64,000 bases of DNA from Nageia nagi (GCA_050084985.1 JBITNC010000001.1:201314001-201378000); one strand, 5' to 3'. Shown: positions 1-13,450, counted from the stretch's first letter. Program-made: numbers and translations. Notes: generated by a model not told the origin, from the letters alone.

Positions 1-910
1 GTCTACACGCCCAAGCATGCTTGAGTCCACCAAGACTTGAGAAGCTTCAAAGAGTAAAAGGGGTTTCAATATCAAATTCAGTATATCTCTACAATGATGC
101 TCCACTGCCTTATATAACATTCCCTAGATCTGGATCTTGCTTAGAAGTTATCACTCCAACCTCCAAGTCCAATGTTAGCCTCCTAGAGGCCCTAAAATGC
201 CCAAACATGGGTTAGATGTGTCCCCAATGCACCTAGGTATCATGCATATGCCTCTCTAATCCAATGTTGCCTAAGGATACCAATAATCACATTTAATGGT
301 CCACATTACAAGATCCAATGGCTAAATATGCAACGCCTCATTATTAAAGACTAATATTGCATTTACAATTATTAATTGCCTTGGGAATTATGTATTACAA
401 CTCATACAAGTGGCCCCCATTATAATGCACTAAATCTACTCTTTATCAAACTCACACCTAAATACCATCATCAACAAACTCATATCCCAAGGAGAGGGGC
501 ATCACACTCCAAGGGGCCAATATGGAGATGTTCTCGAATTTCTGTGCACAGATGTGGTATGGAAGACTGGTCTCACTGGCGAACTTCAAGAGGCCATAAC
601 TCTTTTGTTTCCTGATGAAACCATATCATATAACCTGTCAAAACGTTTCCCACAAGATGCTCTATCCAATGAATATGTCTAATCAACCCTCCAAGACCTA
701 TGGTGAACTCTATCTCCAAGTACATAAAATTAACAATAAATAATGCATCCTAAGCTTGGGAAGAAAATGCCCCACTTTGGGGCTCACAATGTGGGTCCAT
801 AGGACCATTATATTCTATCCCAAGTTACTACTAATGCAAAAATAAATTATTTACAAAGGGAACATCTAGGATCCCAAATTTACTTAATTTTGTTCAAAAG
901 GGGATGTACA
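1..910 (-). mobile_element. 3' LTR (partial, runs off window) of a minus-strand Ty3/gypsy element, inside the host gene intron
   Basis: Reverse complement starts TGTACATCCCC at 910 and is immediately preceded by the purine tract GAGAGGGGAGG. Bases ~730-890 align in reverse with the LTR starting at 13658, and ~320-400 align in reverse with 9720-9810. Confidence 0.75.
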
Positions 911-913
911 AAG

Positions 914-924
914 CCTCCCCTCTC
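914..924 (-). promoter_or_regulatory. Polypurine tract (PPT)
   Basis: CCTCCCCTCTC on + (GAGAGGGGAGG on -), 3 nt from the LTR TG. The upstream minus frame ends ...LLERKQFERGG, which resembles chromovirus integrase C-termini. Confidence 0.7.
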
Positions 925-1069
925 AAATTGCTTCCTCTCAAGCAATTGTAAAATGCCAAAAAGAATTGTCTTCCAAATATCCTTTGGTACAAATGTCTGC
1001 ATCAATTGAAGCTTCTTTAGGTGGAATGCAACTTCAATATATTTCTTAAATAAATCAGCCAATAAACTC

Positions 1070-2881
1070 CATGTAACAGCCGTTGGATCAGCTATGCTTG
1101 GAAGACATCATGAAAGAAGAAATTGGTCAAAGAAATCGAAGTTGCCAAGATGAAACTTGAAGACATCAAGCTATAGGTCTCATTGACTATGGGAATGATG
1201 ATGAAGGAGACTTTGACAAAAGAAAAGATGGAAGCCATATGAAAACTCTCTTCCCAAGTAACCAATCTTCTAGCAAAGGAAGCAAAAATAAATGATATGA
1301 AAGAAAGTATCTCAGAATTGCTAAGGAGATGGGATGAAAGATATCAAGTGATAGTTGGGCTGCAAGAGAATTTAGTTGATTAGCCACGAAAGTTGGATTA
1401 TTTTCAAGAATTCCTTTTCCACTTCGATTGGTTAAAATATGTAGCAAATAATGTTAGGATCTGATTAGTATGAGGGGAGATTTGAAAGACATCAAAAACT
1501 AAATGACTAGATATCAACACAAGGTGAAATTCATTGAAGATGATGGTAGCGCAAGGAAAGAAGAGTTGGTGATGAAATAAGCTCAACACTTAATCAATGA
1601 ACTTATTCATACTGAGGATGTGAACATCATTAGAATAGGAAGGCAAATTCAAAATGCACAGCAACTAGCGATTTGGAGATACTAGATGGAACATACTTCT
1701 AGCAACATCATAGAGTATCAAAAGTAGAATGGAAATACACTAGCAATACTTGGCACATGAGTGAGAAAGGTGGAGGCTTTTATGGGAGTGAAATTTGAAG
1801 AGAGGATTGCATATTTTGTGTAATCTAATACAATATTCTAGTATTTGTTATGATTTTACATGATCTTGAAGTTTTGAGATATATTAAGACTATTTTCTTT
1901 TAGTTTGAATTGTGCGGATGAATTTTTGCTCCCACAAGTTCAAAAGTTAATTTCAGTATAATTTTAATTTCATTGTAGTTGCCTTAGGGTTTAATTAGGG
2001 AAAAATTAGGGTTTTATGAATTTTAGGGCTATAAACACCCCTAGGACCCTCATTATTGAGGCAGAATGAGACTAATTCTCTACAGGAGAGCAATAATTTT
2101 TGAAGATTGTGAATTCTTTTCTCTTGACTGAAGTGGTGAATTTAAAGTTCTAAGCAAGTATAGTTTATCATTCTTTGGAGTTGTGGATATGATTTATAGA
2201 ATCTTTATCTTTCTTGTGATGATTCCCATGCTTGTGTTTATTTTCCTTGAAAACTTAGAATTTTAGGAAAATCTATTTGAATATTTTGTCAAAGCAATTG
2301 AATTTTTACTTTTCGCAACTTGCATACTTAGTGATTGTATTCTGAATTATGTATGCTTTCGATGTCATTTAATTAGAAATCGTCATTCAAATTGTGTGGT
2401 AATCATAATTTCTATTTTCATCCATCATGCTATGATTTGTAAAGAATCAAATTACTATTTGCTCTTACCTATTTACAATTTGGAAAATTCCATTTGTTTT
2501 TAGATTTGATAAATAAATGATGCATAAGTAGATAATTCAGACAATGCATCATTGGTTATAAGTCATTCATTTCAAAAATAGATTGAACTTATTGCTCGTT
2601 CTCAATTCTCATTCTCTTTTGTTCTTCTATTGCTTTCTTTGCTTCTTTTTTAAAATTGATACGACTTTTGATTATTGTAAAACACAACAAATAAGTTAAC
2701 ACATATTTCCCACAATTAGAAAATTCCAAGTACTTATCAAAGAAGCTCACTCATTTAACGATAAACCTTGGGGTATTAGTCCTTTCAAGTGGGGATAGGT
2801 AACGCTATCTCATCTAAATGTTGTGATTCTTTCCTCTATCTTTTGATAACTTTTGTAAGAGGAAAGAAAAATATCCCAACA
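1070..2881 (+). mobile_element. Degenerate LTR-like remnant
   Basis: Stop-riddled purine-rich segment, TATA-like CTATAAA near 2029, T-rich U5-like region, and a terminus ...AAAAATATCCCAACA at 2881. The left boundary is uncertain. Confidence 0.4.
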
Positions 2882-2889
2882 TTATGTCA

Positions 2890-3115
2890 TGCCAATTAAC
2901 CTTGGCCAGCCTTGGAATGTTCTAAGCAAATTGAGTTCATTATAATTAAATACGAGGTTCTTTTTGGTATGGCATCATTTTGCATTCTTCAAACCCATAA
3001 TTATTTGATCATCCTTGTCTCTCCATTACCATTGTTGCTTAGGCCTTTATTGTTTATTGTCTAATTGTCATTGTATGCTTTGCCAATTAACCTTGTGCAA
3101 CCTTGGTATGTTCTA
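2890..3115. repeat. Diverged direct repeat, ~190-bp period
   Basis: TGCCAATTAACCTTG..AG/ACCTTGG.ATGTTCTA at 2890 and 3081. Confidence 0.6.
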
Positions 3116-4660
3116 GATGGATTCGGCTCTTTATGACTATAAATACATCATCATTTCCTCACTCCAAGGCATCATTCTTATGTCTCTGGTATTCTTTGGA
3201 TCTATCATCATTTGGTTTTCTCTCCATTTTGTTTTCATATAATTGGATTTTTCTTTATTAATGCAATGGTGTATGTCATTATGCATTATACTTGAATGCC
3301 TTATATTGCAATGTTTTCACAGTATGTGGTATGATCATTGTTCACTTAATTGTGGTATGAAACAAGAATTACACTCTCCAGTTGATGTTTGTTAAGAGTC
3401 AGAAACATCTAGGAACAAGACAATGATTTTTGGTTTATAATTTCCAACCGGAAGCTGACACATACATATCAATTATCCATCTTAAAATCTTGATCTCATG
3501 CACTTTTCTAAATACCAAGAACAAAGTGTCTTTAGCAAAAGATTAATTGATCACTTACATCCTTTACATGTTTGACCTCCTTTCCACCCAGCTACCACTA
3601 CAGGTATTGCCACAGCTACATCTGTATACAATCTATGACAATGCCCCTTGGTGTCCTAGAATATTGAAAACAGACAGTTGTCACAAATCCTTTGCTTTGC
3701 TTAACAACATTTTATCATATATTTATCTTTTTTGACATTCTTTTGGCATGGCTTTTCATGGTGACATGTCCCTTGCTCTATGCAAGAGATAATACAATTG
3801 TCAAATGTTCATTATATGAGTTTGAATGCCTGTACTTAGTGGGTGACTTATCTTGAAATCCTCAGAAATGTAAGGAAAAAATTTCTATGTTGCCAACTGC
3901 AACTAACTGAAGAAGTGTTGTTGTTGGAAGAAAAGAAGGGCCCAAAACACAAATTTATATCACAGTTGTAAGTAATTAATATCTTGATAATGTGACTTCG
4001 AGAAATCTCAATGCTTACCTCAAGCATGAGCATCAGTCCAAAATTCATCAAATTATAAAGCAATAAATGCTTTTATACAGTGAATACAGAACCTTTAAAA
4101 TTTATAAAAGGGTAAGTATCACTTATCAGACAATAAGTTGACAGACGTATGCCATCAGTTCTAGAGGTTACAGAAATCTCAACCCAGTCATACTTGCTTT
4201 AGGAGTAATCATATTATGTCTATGACACAAATGTATCAAAATTGATGTTCCAAAATCTAAATGAGTACATTGGAATACTTGTAGAGAGCAAAACATAATA
4301 CCTACAATATTGTAGCTAATAATCCAAATTCAGCATATGCCATCAACAATTGTTGTTCAAAGCCCATTTTGATATTAATGTACAGAATTAGGTTCCTCGT
4401 ATCATTTTTCATCTGCTTTCTAATTCAAGAGAATTTGATAGCAAATTCAAAATTGTCAGTCTGAGATACAGGTTGACCCTAACATTTTAAAACAACAGCT
4501 TATTTCTTTTGAAATGCAATATAGAATCATTAATTTTCTGACACCAAGGCTGTAATAGTAATAGATGAAATGTGGCTTGAACTGGAGCTTCACTGGAATT
4601 CACACGGAAATCATGTGTCAGGAGGTATATGAGTTATTTGATGTTTTACTGTTTTACCAG

Positions 4661-5052
4661 GTAAGATTGGTATGGACACAAATGCCTCAACAGCTTATCT
4701 TTCACGAACTCTGACTTTGGCGGAAGCTACAGATACTGTGCTATTCTGTAGTTCCATTGTCTATGACCTCATAGATAAGGCCACAGCTATTGTTATGGAC
4801 AAGGAAAAGTTTAATCCCAGCCCTGTGTCAGTTAAAAAACATAGGCATAATCATAGGCATAGGACTTCATATGGCGACACTTCCTTTAAGCCAAGTACGG
4901 ACAAGTCCATAAGACAACAGGTTACACAGTCTAGTACTACTGTAGTACATGGCAACTCTAAGCCTGTGATACAAGTTGTAACTATTCCACAGAGGGATGC
5001 CATTGCCCATGCTAGAAGGAAAAATCCTAAATGCTGTTGCTCCATATTCTAA
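4661..5052 (+). CDS. Terminal coding exon of a host gene; C-terminal domain like Arabidopsis At1g27850 (basic proline-rich/BPP-type family), ending in a CaaX box
   Basis: Pyrimidine-rich acceptor TTTTACCAG ends at 4660 and an in-frame TGA lies just upstream (4639). The frame stays open to TAA at 5050-5052. The peptide RTLTLAEATDTVLFCSSIVYDL..KATAIVMDKE matches the LTLEEATDTILFCSSIVHDL motif I recognise from this family. It ends RRKNPKCCCSIF. The ATG at 4672 is probably internal. Confidence 0.8.
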
Positions 5053-7383
5053 TGTAATATAATGTAAAGGACATATTACATATGTTCTGTTTTCTTAGAT
5101 GTATTCCTTCAAGTTCAAGAATGGCAAGGAAAATGTATGAAGCATGTTCAGTGTGGGGATCACAGTTTTGTATTATATTATGATGTTAGGGCTTCCATTC
5201 TGGGTGGGCAGATTATGACCGCCCTTGTCCATGTGGCTGACTATTAAGCTAATATTTACAGAATTTCCATTTTGAGGTGTAAACTTTTTGACATCCCTCA
5301 TCTTTCTCTGGAATCTACAAACTTTACTTTCAGCAAAGGGGAAAACTTAGTCATTCTAGAATCATGTTTCTTTGAGAATAAAAATAAAAAAATTCAGAAT
5401 CAGGCAATGGATTTACCAATCATTGGTGCAGAATTCCCATTGTCTATGCAAATGAAATCTATTGTGGATGCCTTTGGAATATTAGTGTTATCACTAGATA
5501 TTTGATATATGCACTCAGACATAGCCGATTTTATTGGATATTAATTAAGTCATTTATAGAAATTCAATGTATCTTGTTTGTAAATTTGCAAATTGTATGT
5601 ATAATTTTGCTTCAAAACACAATTATCATTCTTCTAAGAAGACAAGTGTATTACCATTAGCATTCCCCTATAGGCCCAAATTCATATTTGCAGAAAAAAA
5701 ATTAGGATTTCTGATGATGATGCATCAACATATAGTTTTCATGCCCCCTACCCCATAGATACATCATACAAGATGCTACATTTAAGCTATTCCATCATAT
5801 GATGTTTCTTTTACAACATGTTTCCTCCGTATGCAATTCTGACCCATGTATTTGCAATTTTTTTTCCCATCAGTATAAGTGCCTGCCTTGTCGAGCTGGA
5901 GAAACATGGTTGGAATTTGGTGTTCCCTTCGATTTTCTTCTTGATTCCCTAGATCTGCCCCATCCCATCACCCAGGGGTATCCTAGGATCTTCTTTAGGG
6001 ATCTATAAATGATTGCAAACACTAAGGTGCTGGATTTTGGGAGACAAAGACGAGTGTATCGTTGAGTCCTTTGTTAGCTTGCTAAGTTGGTCCCTTAACC
6101 TTTGTTACAAATTCTTCCTCCATCCCCCCTTTGAATAACCCATCCATAGTTTATTCTTCCAACCTCTTACACTTCATCATTGTCATTTTTCTGGTTTGAT
6201 CTCAAACTGAGTTCACAGTGCACTTTAAATTTAGAGTTTTTCCTTGATTTTAGGGTAAAAACCAAAGGCTTCCTCACTTTTAACATTTAGGCCCATTCTT
6301 GTTCTTAGATGATTTGTAGTTTAAGATGGTCATTTAGTGATATAGATTATTTATCAGATAGCATGGATCCACATATTGCCTTTCCATTCATTTAATCTTG
6401 CAGAACTAGATTAGGGTACAAGGGTTTGAGTTAAGTAACTATGGAGAGCTGCATCCATGGAGAATGCTTTCATCGTATGTATTAAGCACCACTAAGTTTC
6501 TTGTTCCCATGCATTTCAATATATGTTTTTGCTGAAGTATATGTTCTTTTATGTCATCATGAATTTGAGATTGGTATTTTCCATGGAAGACTATAGTTTG
6601 TAAGGTTTGATTTTTCAAATTTTAAAATTCCAAATCTTAACAATGATTAAGCCTTCCCCGTCAAAAGGCCTAAGTCTATGTATTTCTAGTATCCAAATTT
6701 TCAGCTGTTACTTGTTCCAAATGTAACTGATCGTAAAGTTTTAGGTCAATATCTGTCCTTAAACGGAGACTGGTAGATTATCTCAAGTCTCTTAAAATCT
6801 AATGAATTGGATCCATTTCAAAATCTGAAACGATTAAATAGACCTCATTGATCTTATCAAGTGTTTTCTCTATATTCTTTATAATCCGATGTTCGGAACA
6901 TTTCTAAGTTTTATTGTTCTTTACAACCTGTTGTTCAATTTGAACCTCCTATTTTAGCTTTGTCTTCCTCTTAGATTCAATAACTAAGCTTTAATCATCT
7001 CAATAAGTATTTTAAATAAAGTCTATATGATGTTAGGTATGTCAATGGTTCGTATTCTTTTGAAGTCTTTACATTAAATGCCTTAAAAGACCTTGATTTA
7101 ACTGCCACGTTTTAAGAATCTTTTAAAAGTCTTTCTCTTGAAATCTACAGCTCTTGATCCATCTAATTCTATTTAAATTGTCAGCTGAATTGTTTTATCA
7201 TTTTTTTAGTGAAAACATTTTCAAAGCCTTACCCTGTCCTAGTCTTGACATGACAATTGATTTTGATAAACATACTAAGTTTGAAATATTTTTGGAGACT
7301 TCCATGACGAATCTTTTACCTCTTTGCATGATAGTTTTACTTTAGGAGTTGAGAGTTGTATTTTAATGGTTGACAGTTGTACG

Positions 7384-8011
7384 TTTTAGTGCTTGATAGT
7401 TTTTCTACAAAGATTTTGACTCTCTAAAGAATCCATTTACCCATTCTTCTCTAGGACTGCTATAAATAGATTATCCTTGCATTAGTTTAGATATATTTTG
7501 GTATTTTGGGAGTTGTCAAACTAGTATGTACTTGTGTTATATATTAAAGTGTCTCGTTCGTTTCGAGGTACTTATTTCCTCTTTGTAGAATTATGATTGT
7601 AAGTTGTCAAGGCAGATTGAGTCTAAATTAAATCTTGGGTAATGAAGTTTAATGTAACTCAGAAGACTTTAAGAATTAATGAAATGAGGATTTTTTTAGT
7701 GCTCGAGAGATTTTGTATGGAGATTTTGACAAAGTGTAAAGAATCCATTCACTCATTCTTCTCTAAGACTGCTATAAATAGATTATCCTTGCATTAGTTT
7801 AGATGTATTTTGAGAGTTGTCAAACTTATATGTACTTGTATTATGTATTCAAGTGTTTCCTTTGTTTCAAGATACTTGTTTTTTTTTTCTCTTTGTAGAA
7901 TTATGATTGTAAGTAGTGAAAGCAGATTGAGTTTGTACCAAGTCTTGTAGACTCTATACTGGAATGAACTTTAATGTAAGTCAGAAGACTTGAGAATTAA
8001 TGAAATGAGGA
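7384..8011 (+). repeat. Tandem duplication (~310-bp period) containing a TATA box, within a probable LTR remnant
   Basis: 7384-7690 and 7694-8011 align, both containing GACTGCTATAAATAGATTATCCTTGCATTAGTTTAGAT and ending GAATTAATGAAATGAGGA. Confidence 0.85.
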
Positions 8012-9058
8012 ACCTTTTCCTACTTTATAAATAAAAATTTAGTTGTCATTTAGAATATCATTTCATCTTTAAAGTTTTGGTTAAACCTTTGTTAATTCTG
8101 TTTAGTTTACAATTTCTTTGAATATATAATTAAATCTTGTAGTTTCGTTTAAATATAAACATTTTCTCGTAGTTTAAAATCTAATATTATGTTAAAAGGA
8201 GTTATGTTAGCTTTAAATTCAAATTATCATTGTGAAATTCTACAACTATAATGAATGAGATGTCCAAATTAGTTTTTTGGCACTTTTCTATAATAACTTG
8301 GGTTTTCTTTTTCATCCAAAAAGTATGCCCCTAAATTTAAAGCATCAGCCTATTTGAGTTTTTTCTAGATTTTTCTAAAATCAAATCATTTTTAAACCTT
8401 AAGAGTAAGAAGTTCAATTCAAATTTTGAGGTGAAATTTAAAAAAAAAAACCAATGAAACATTTGTTCAGTAAAAAAAAAGCAAGATTTCACAAGGCTAA
8501 TAAGTTGGGTAAAGTGTTTTTGGGATGGGTGGACCGTAAAGGTCATTTTTGGAGGACGCCTTGGAAATGACAAATGTAATACTTGTAAAAATTCTTGAAA
8601 GTTTCGAATTTTTTAAAAATAAATTTAGTTTCTTCATTAATATTAATGTTATTATTATCAATTCAATCATGAAACATAATGTCTAATTATAATATGAAAT
8701 TTTAAATTTAAAAAGCATTACATCAACATTCAAATGACAAACAAATCCAAAACTGAAATATGAATATCAAATTGGTCCATAAAATAAATCATAAATGATA
8801 TATCAAAATGAGTCATAATTAATGATAATATAATTTTTTAATAAAAAATAAGGTTTTGTCATGCATATTAATGATTAGTATCTTCTAACACACTTCACAT
8901 TTAACAATATACATAGGTCACCTGAATACATTAATGTATTTTCTCTTTCTTACAAAAACATAATGCTCAATAGTCCCTTCTATGAATGACATTATATAGC
9001 CCAATAAACAGGAAATATTCACCCCAATATTGACCATTCTATTCTTGTGCTTTCCCAT

Positions 9059-11512
9059 TGACATAGTTTAGAGCACAACCCTCACATTTAGAGACTATGG
9101 GACTAAATTGGGTAGTAAACAGTATAGAAACAAAAAAGAAATGAAAACTTTAGCATGTACTAAAATTAATAATTCATTAATTATATTTTGAGAGTGGTGC
9201 TTACAACCAATTCAAGAGGAGAGCATAGGTGGTACAGGCCCTCCTTTAATGTGGTGTGAAATTGAAAAGGATTTTATCTAAGATTCTAAATAATATTGCA
9301 ATATTTCAACTTAAATATCTTAGATATAAGAAAATACAATGCAATCACGATGAAATAAATTGTGCAACTTATTCCATGATTAAACAAATCATATAACTTC
9401 TAAATTTGCAAAAAAATGACTAAATTATTATTATTATTATTTTCAGTAGGGGATGGCTAGTTGTGTTTGGGGATGGCCAACCGTACACTTGGGTGTGCCC
9501 CATAAGGGGAACATACAAGGGATGAACTGTAATGTCCCCATTTTTATGGTGTTTTTCCCATTCCACCTTTTATAAAAGGGAACATTAGCTTAAGTGTGAT
9601 TTTGTTTATTTTTGTAGGTTTTGGCCAATTATTGTAAGTTTCACTTACAGATTTAGTTAAATGCCCTAATTATGGAATGATGGCCCTTTTTATTAATTTA
9701 TTATGTATAGTTGAGTACTTAAAATGTCAATAATGTTTCATTAATGATACCAAGGTAATTATATTTGTAAATGCAATATTAGTCTCCAATAATGAGACGT
9801 TGCATATTTCTAATCTTGATGAATGTAATATTGGCATTAGATGGTCCTCTTATCATTAATGCTCTCCTCTTCGAGGTAGAACATCCCCCTAGATGATTAC
9901 ATCGGCTTTGAGGCATCTCAAGGACATCCAAGATTGGACATGGTACTTCTAGAGAGGAATTTGACATCTCAAGGCATTAGACGACTCCCACACTTGGATG
10001 TTGGGCATCTAAGGGAGAATTAACCCCCACGTTGAAGGATTGGGCATCCCAAGACCCCACATTACCCTCCTTGGTTGTTTGGATGCATGACATAGACTTC
10101 TAAATGCATTGAAAGCCCCATCAACCCAATGCCTCATTTTTAGACGCTTGAATGTGATCTCATCTATCCCAAGGCGCCCTATCTTGGACATTGTCACCAA
10201 GAGCGCATGGATCACATCTCTCCACCGTTAGATCATCTCAATACAAGATTAGAAGACGAATTACCTTACCTATAAAAGGAGAACTCTTAGATATTATGAT
10301 GTATGCTGAATTCTTGATTAAACCCCTTTTTTATCGAATTGAGTGTGAGAACTCTATCTTTACCACTTGTAGGTGTACGTATGCATTTCAGGTCTTAGGA
10401 TGATAGAAGGCTAGCTTTGATCTTACTCTAGTCATTCGAGAGAGAAACACTATTGGTTCCATCATAGAGGAGTAGGGAAGCCTTGAGCTAGGCCTTGCTG
10501 CTATTGCGATTGTTGAAGTCTTGGAGCTATCCAAAGTAACCCTATTGGAGGTAACCTTGGTGTAAGCTCCTTAAGCATCAAAAATATATTTTGTAATTAT
10601 GCTACTCTCATTGCTTTATCAATATAATTACATTATTTTGATCATTTTGTTGTAACTATTCTCTTATGCTTGGATGTTCGATTTGGAAATGCATTTTTGT
10701 AGTAAAATTCTTGTTTTTGCTTCCTTGTTGCAACATTGGATTTTTGGAGTCATTTTGCATGTTTGACTTCATATTTTCTCAGTCTAGCTAGATGTAGGGA
10801 TATTTGGTGCATTTTGAGTTGATTTGGCTAGATCTTGAGTTAGAAGGCATTTGTCCCTCTCCTAGGGCATGTATGAGCATGATCCGAGAGGTGATACTAT
10901 GTGATTGTATCGTGAAGCTTTTTAGGAATAACATCTTTATGGTGGTTTCTCTATTGAATCTCTCTATCTTGCACTATTTATGTGTCTAAATATATGTAAG
11001 AAAGCTAGAATTTATAGGGCCAAGTAATGGTTGAACTCTTGTGGTGACAATTGAACTGTTGAAGTTGGATTATTTCAAACATATTGTATTTTGTTAGAGA
11101 TATGGATGTGTTTATGTTACATACAAGGCTAAAAAACTCTAAAATTTTAAGGAACCCATAAATGTAAAGATTTCCAAATACCTAGGAGCTTAAGAATGTT
11201 TGAAATCTTGGAAGATCCAATATCCAAAATTAAGGTGCTAATGTGGCTAGAGGAAAAGTCCTAAAAAGCGAAAATTTGAGCCAAAGTTGATCTTTAGAGT
11301 CCAACAAGTTGACATGGACTCCAAAAATGTTAGGGATCAAATTGAAGCGAATAATTGCAAGCCCATAGAGTAGATCATTGAATCGAAAGAACATGCTTAA
11401 AGAAGGAAAGCTTGAAAATCTTAAGATGCATAAATGGATTGCAATCGGAAAGCATGAGTTTGGAATATTGTCAAAGGTTGAGAATTAACTTCAGGAAGAT
11501 GTGCTTGGATTA
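9059..11512 (-). mobile_element. Probable 3' LTR of element F, interrupted by solo LTR H
   Basis: On -, it begins T(A/G)ATCCAAG right after a purine-rich tract (11513-11525) that follows the end of F integrase. It ends ...AAACTATGTCA at 9059. TATA-like ATTAAAGGAGG near 9240 on -. Confidence 0.5.
9528..11121 (+). mobile_element. Probable solo LTR (H), same family as 1-910 and 13658-15446
   Basis: TGTAATGTCCCC...ATGTTACA termini, TATAAAAGG at ~10271, and homology to the other two copies. No convincing TSD. Confidence 0.55.
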
Positions 11513-11529
11513 GTTACCCTTACCTGAGA

Positions 11530-13450
11530 ATAAATGGTTCCCATTATGTCTGTACTTGGAAAAAAGTGCAAAAACAACATCTTAATTTAAGTCTTCATGA
11601 GTCATACCACTTGGTGGCCAAGTTCTTCTTCTTATACCACTCTATACATTTGAATAGATTGTTTCCAAATGGTCTTTATCTAGGTATTTACTATTTGATC
11701 TTCCTTTGTTAGTGAAAGGCTATCTGGATTGAGTTCATCAAATTTTAACTACTATGTGATTGCTAAAGTATCTAGCAAATGTAGATAATAGGGCTTTAGT
11801 AGCTTGATCTTGAATACAAGATACAAGCCTAGGTAAGATATTATATTTAACTAGAAAGCATTCTCTCCTACTTGCTTGGTATTAATGTATGGACCACAAT
11901 GTAAGTGTCAAATCTTTGAATGTGGGTTAGAGAGTTGTTCTTTCTACAAATGGGGCAAAACTTTATCCCCAACTACAAAGTGGTGTGGAACTCTTTATTA
12001 GTCATGTTGGAGCATGTAGTGTTGATTCATCTTCTCCAATAGGTTGTGAACTTGTAGTTGAATAAGTTGAATGTATTCAATGAACCAAATGACTTTTTCT
12101 GCTTCTTTTTTCACAAATGGTGTGAATCTCATATCTTAGATCAAAAGTGCCACATATACAAGTATTAGAGGATTGAATAAAAAATAAAAATGGAAAGTAT
12201 TGTACTAGTTTGAGCTATGTAATGCTTGATTTTATCCATGTTGGATATAGGATAATCTTTCATACCTTGTGTGTGGATGCTTAACATTGTACATGTAAAG
12301 CATGTGCACAATTAGTCATCAAAAGTTTTGTTTATATATCAATATGTAAGCGAAAGTTTTTTGGATTTGGTGAGCTTAGTATCCATAATCTCTAAGAGGA
12401 TTGACCAAAATATGCTCAAGTATTTGCTATCCCTATTACAGATAATGGACTTGGGCAAGCCAAAGTTAAGTTATACACAATTGAAGTAAAGTTTAGTAGT
12501 TTCTTCACCTGTGATTATCTTTTTATAAGCAATCATGATACCAATTTTGAAAAAGAGATCAACCACAACAAAAATGCAATCACTACCATGTTCCAAGTAG
12601 GAAAACCTAAGAGGAAATCCATGGAGATGAATTCCTAAGGTTTGGAGCATATTGATAATAATATGTATATACCCTTCTTCTTATGGTTTGGCTTTGCAAA
12701 CTTGTAGGGAGTGTAGGACTTGATGTACCACTCCACATTAATCCACATCATTGGCCAATGAAAGTTCTCATAAAGAGTGTCCAATGTCTTCTCCATACCA
12801 AATTAGCTAGCAACTTAGTTGAAGTGTTCTTCGCAAATCAACTTTGGTTTTTTATCAAATGGAATGTGGATGTGTCCCATGTGATAGAGAAGGTCATGCT
12901 ACAAGTATAAGTCCATAACTAGCTTATTATTTGGAGTGTTTAGTACACGTCAACAAAATCTAGCTCTATTACATATTAGGTAGACCAATTGAAAATGACA
13001 TGCCCACATGAGTCTAGGCTTGTGGTGAGAGTTACAATTGGTGGTTGACTTAGGAAAATTTGCAATAAAGTTTGTGTCTTCTTGCTTGTGCTTGATGATT
13101 AGATGAAATTGTTGAAGAGATATAACCCACTTTCAATATTATTCATTTTCCCAATATACTATGAGTTTGAACGAATTCCAAAGATTTGTGGTTTATGTGA
13201 ATGGTCTCTTTTCCCAAGATGCAATGTTTCCTCTACTTGCATGCATGGACAATGGCATAAAGCTATTTATCATCAGTGGGCTATTTGCAAATAATTCCAT
13301 TGAATATCTCATTATGATAAACAATCAAATTCCCATGCTATGTGATAACAATAGTAAGAGCATACTTAGATTCATCTATCATCAATTCAAAGGTTTGTTG
13401 CATATTTGATTAGAAAGGAACAAGTGTAGAGCACAAATTATCTTTCAACT
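11530..13450 (-). pseudogene. Element F: degenerate Ty3/gypsy pol fragment (RNase H, integrase, C-terminus)
   Basis: Minus-strand translation gives LKDNLCSTLV..QQTFELMIDESKYALTIVIT*HG...DK*LYAIVHACK (RNase H), P*EFISMDFL, DCIFVVVDLFSK and GLPKSIICNRDSKYLSIFW (integrase core). It stops abruptly at the E LTR. Confidence 0.8.

Noticed and set aside
608-650. CTGATGA...CAAAAC resembling a hammerhead ribozyme core (also CTGATGA at ~45572)
   Set aside because: Stem II does not pair convincingly and there is no intact CGAAA or stems I/III. The context is ordinary LTR or AT-rich sequence.
5272-6008. Short + strand ORFs after the host exon
   Set aside because: No recognisable motifs or splice context; probably 3' UTR or intergenic chance ORFs.
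5889-8335. Possible solo LTR with TGTCG... start
   Set aside because: No matching terminus or TSD. Only the internal duplication is reported.
8940-9110. Minus-strand peptide vaguely like a hAT dimerisation or Ulp1 motif
   Set aside because: It needs several frameshifts, and part of it lies inside the inferred F LTR.
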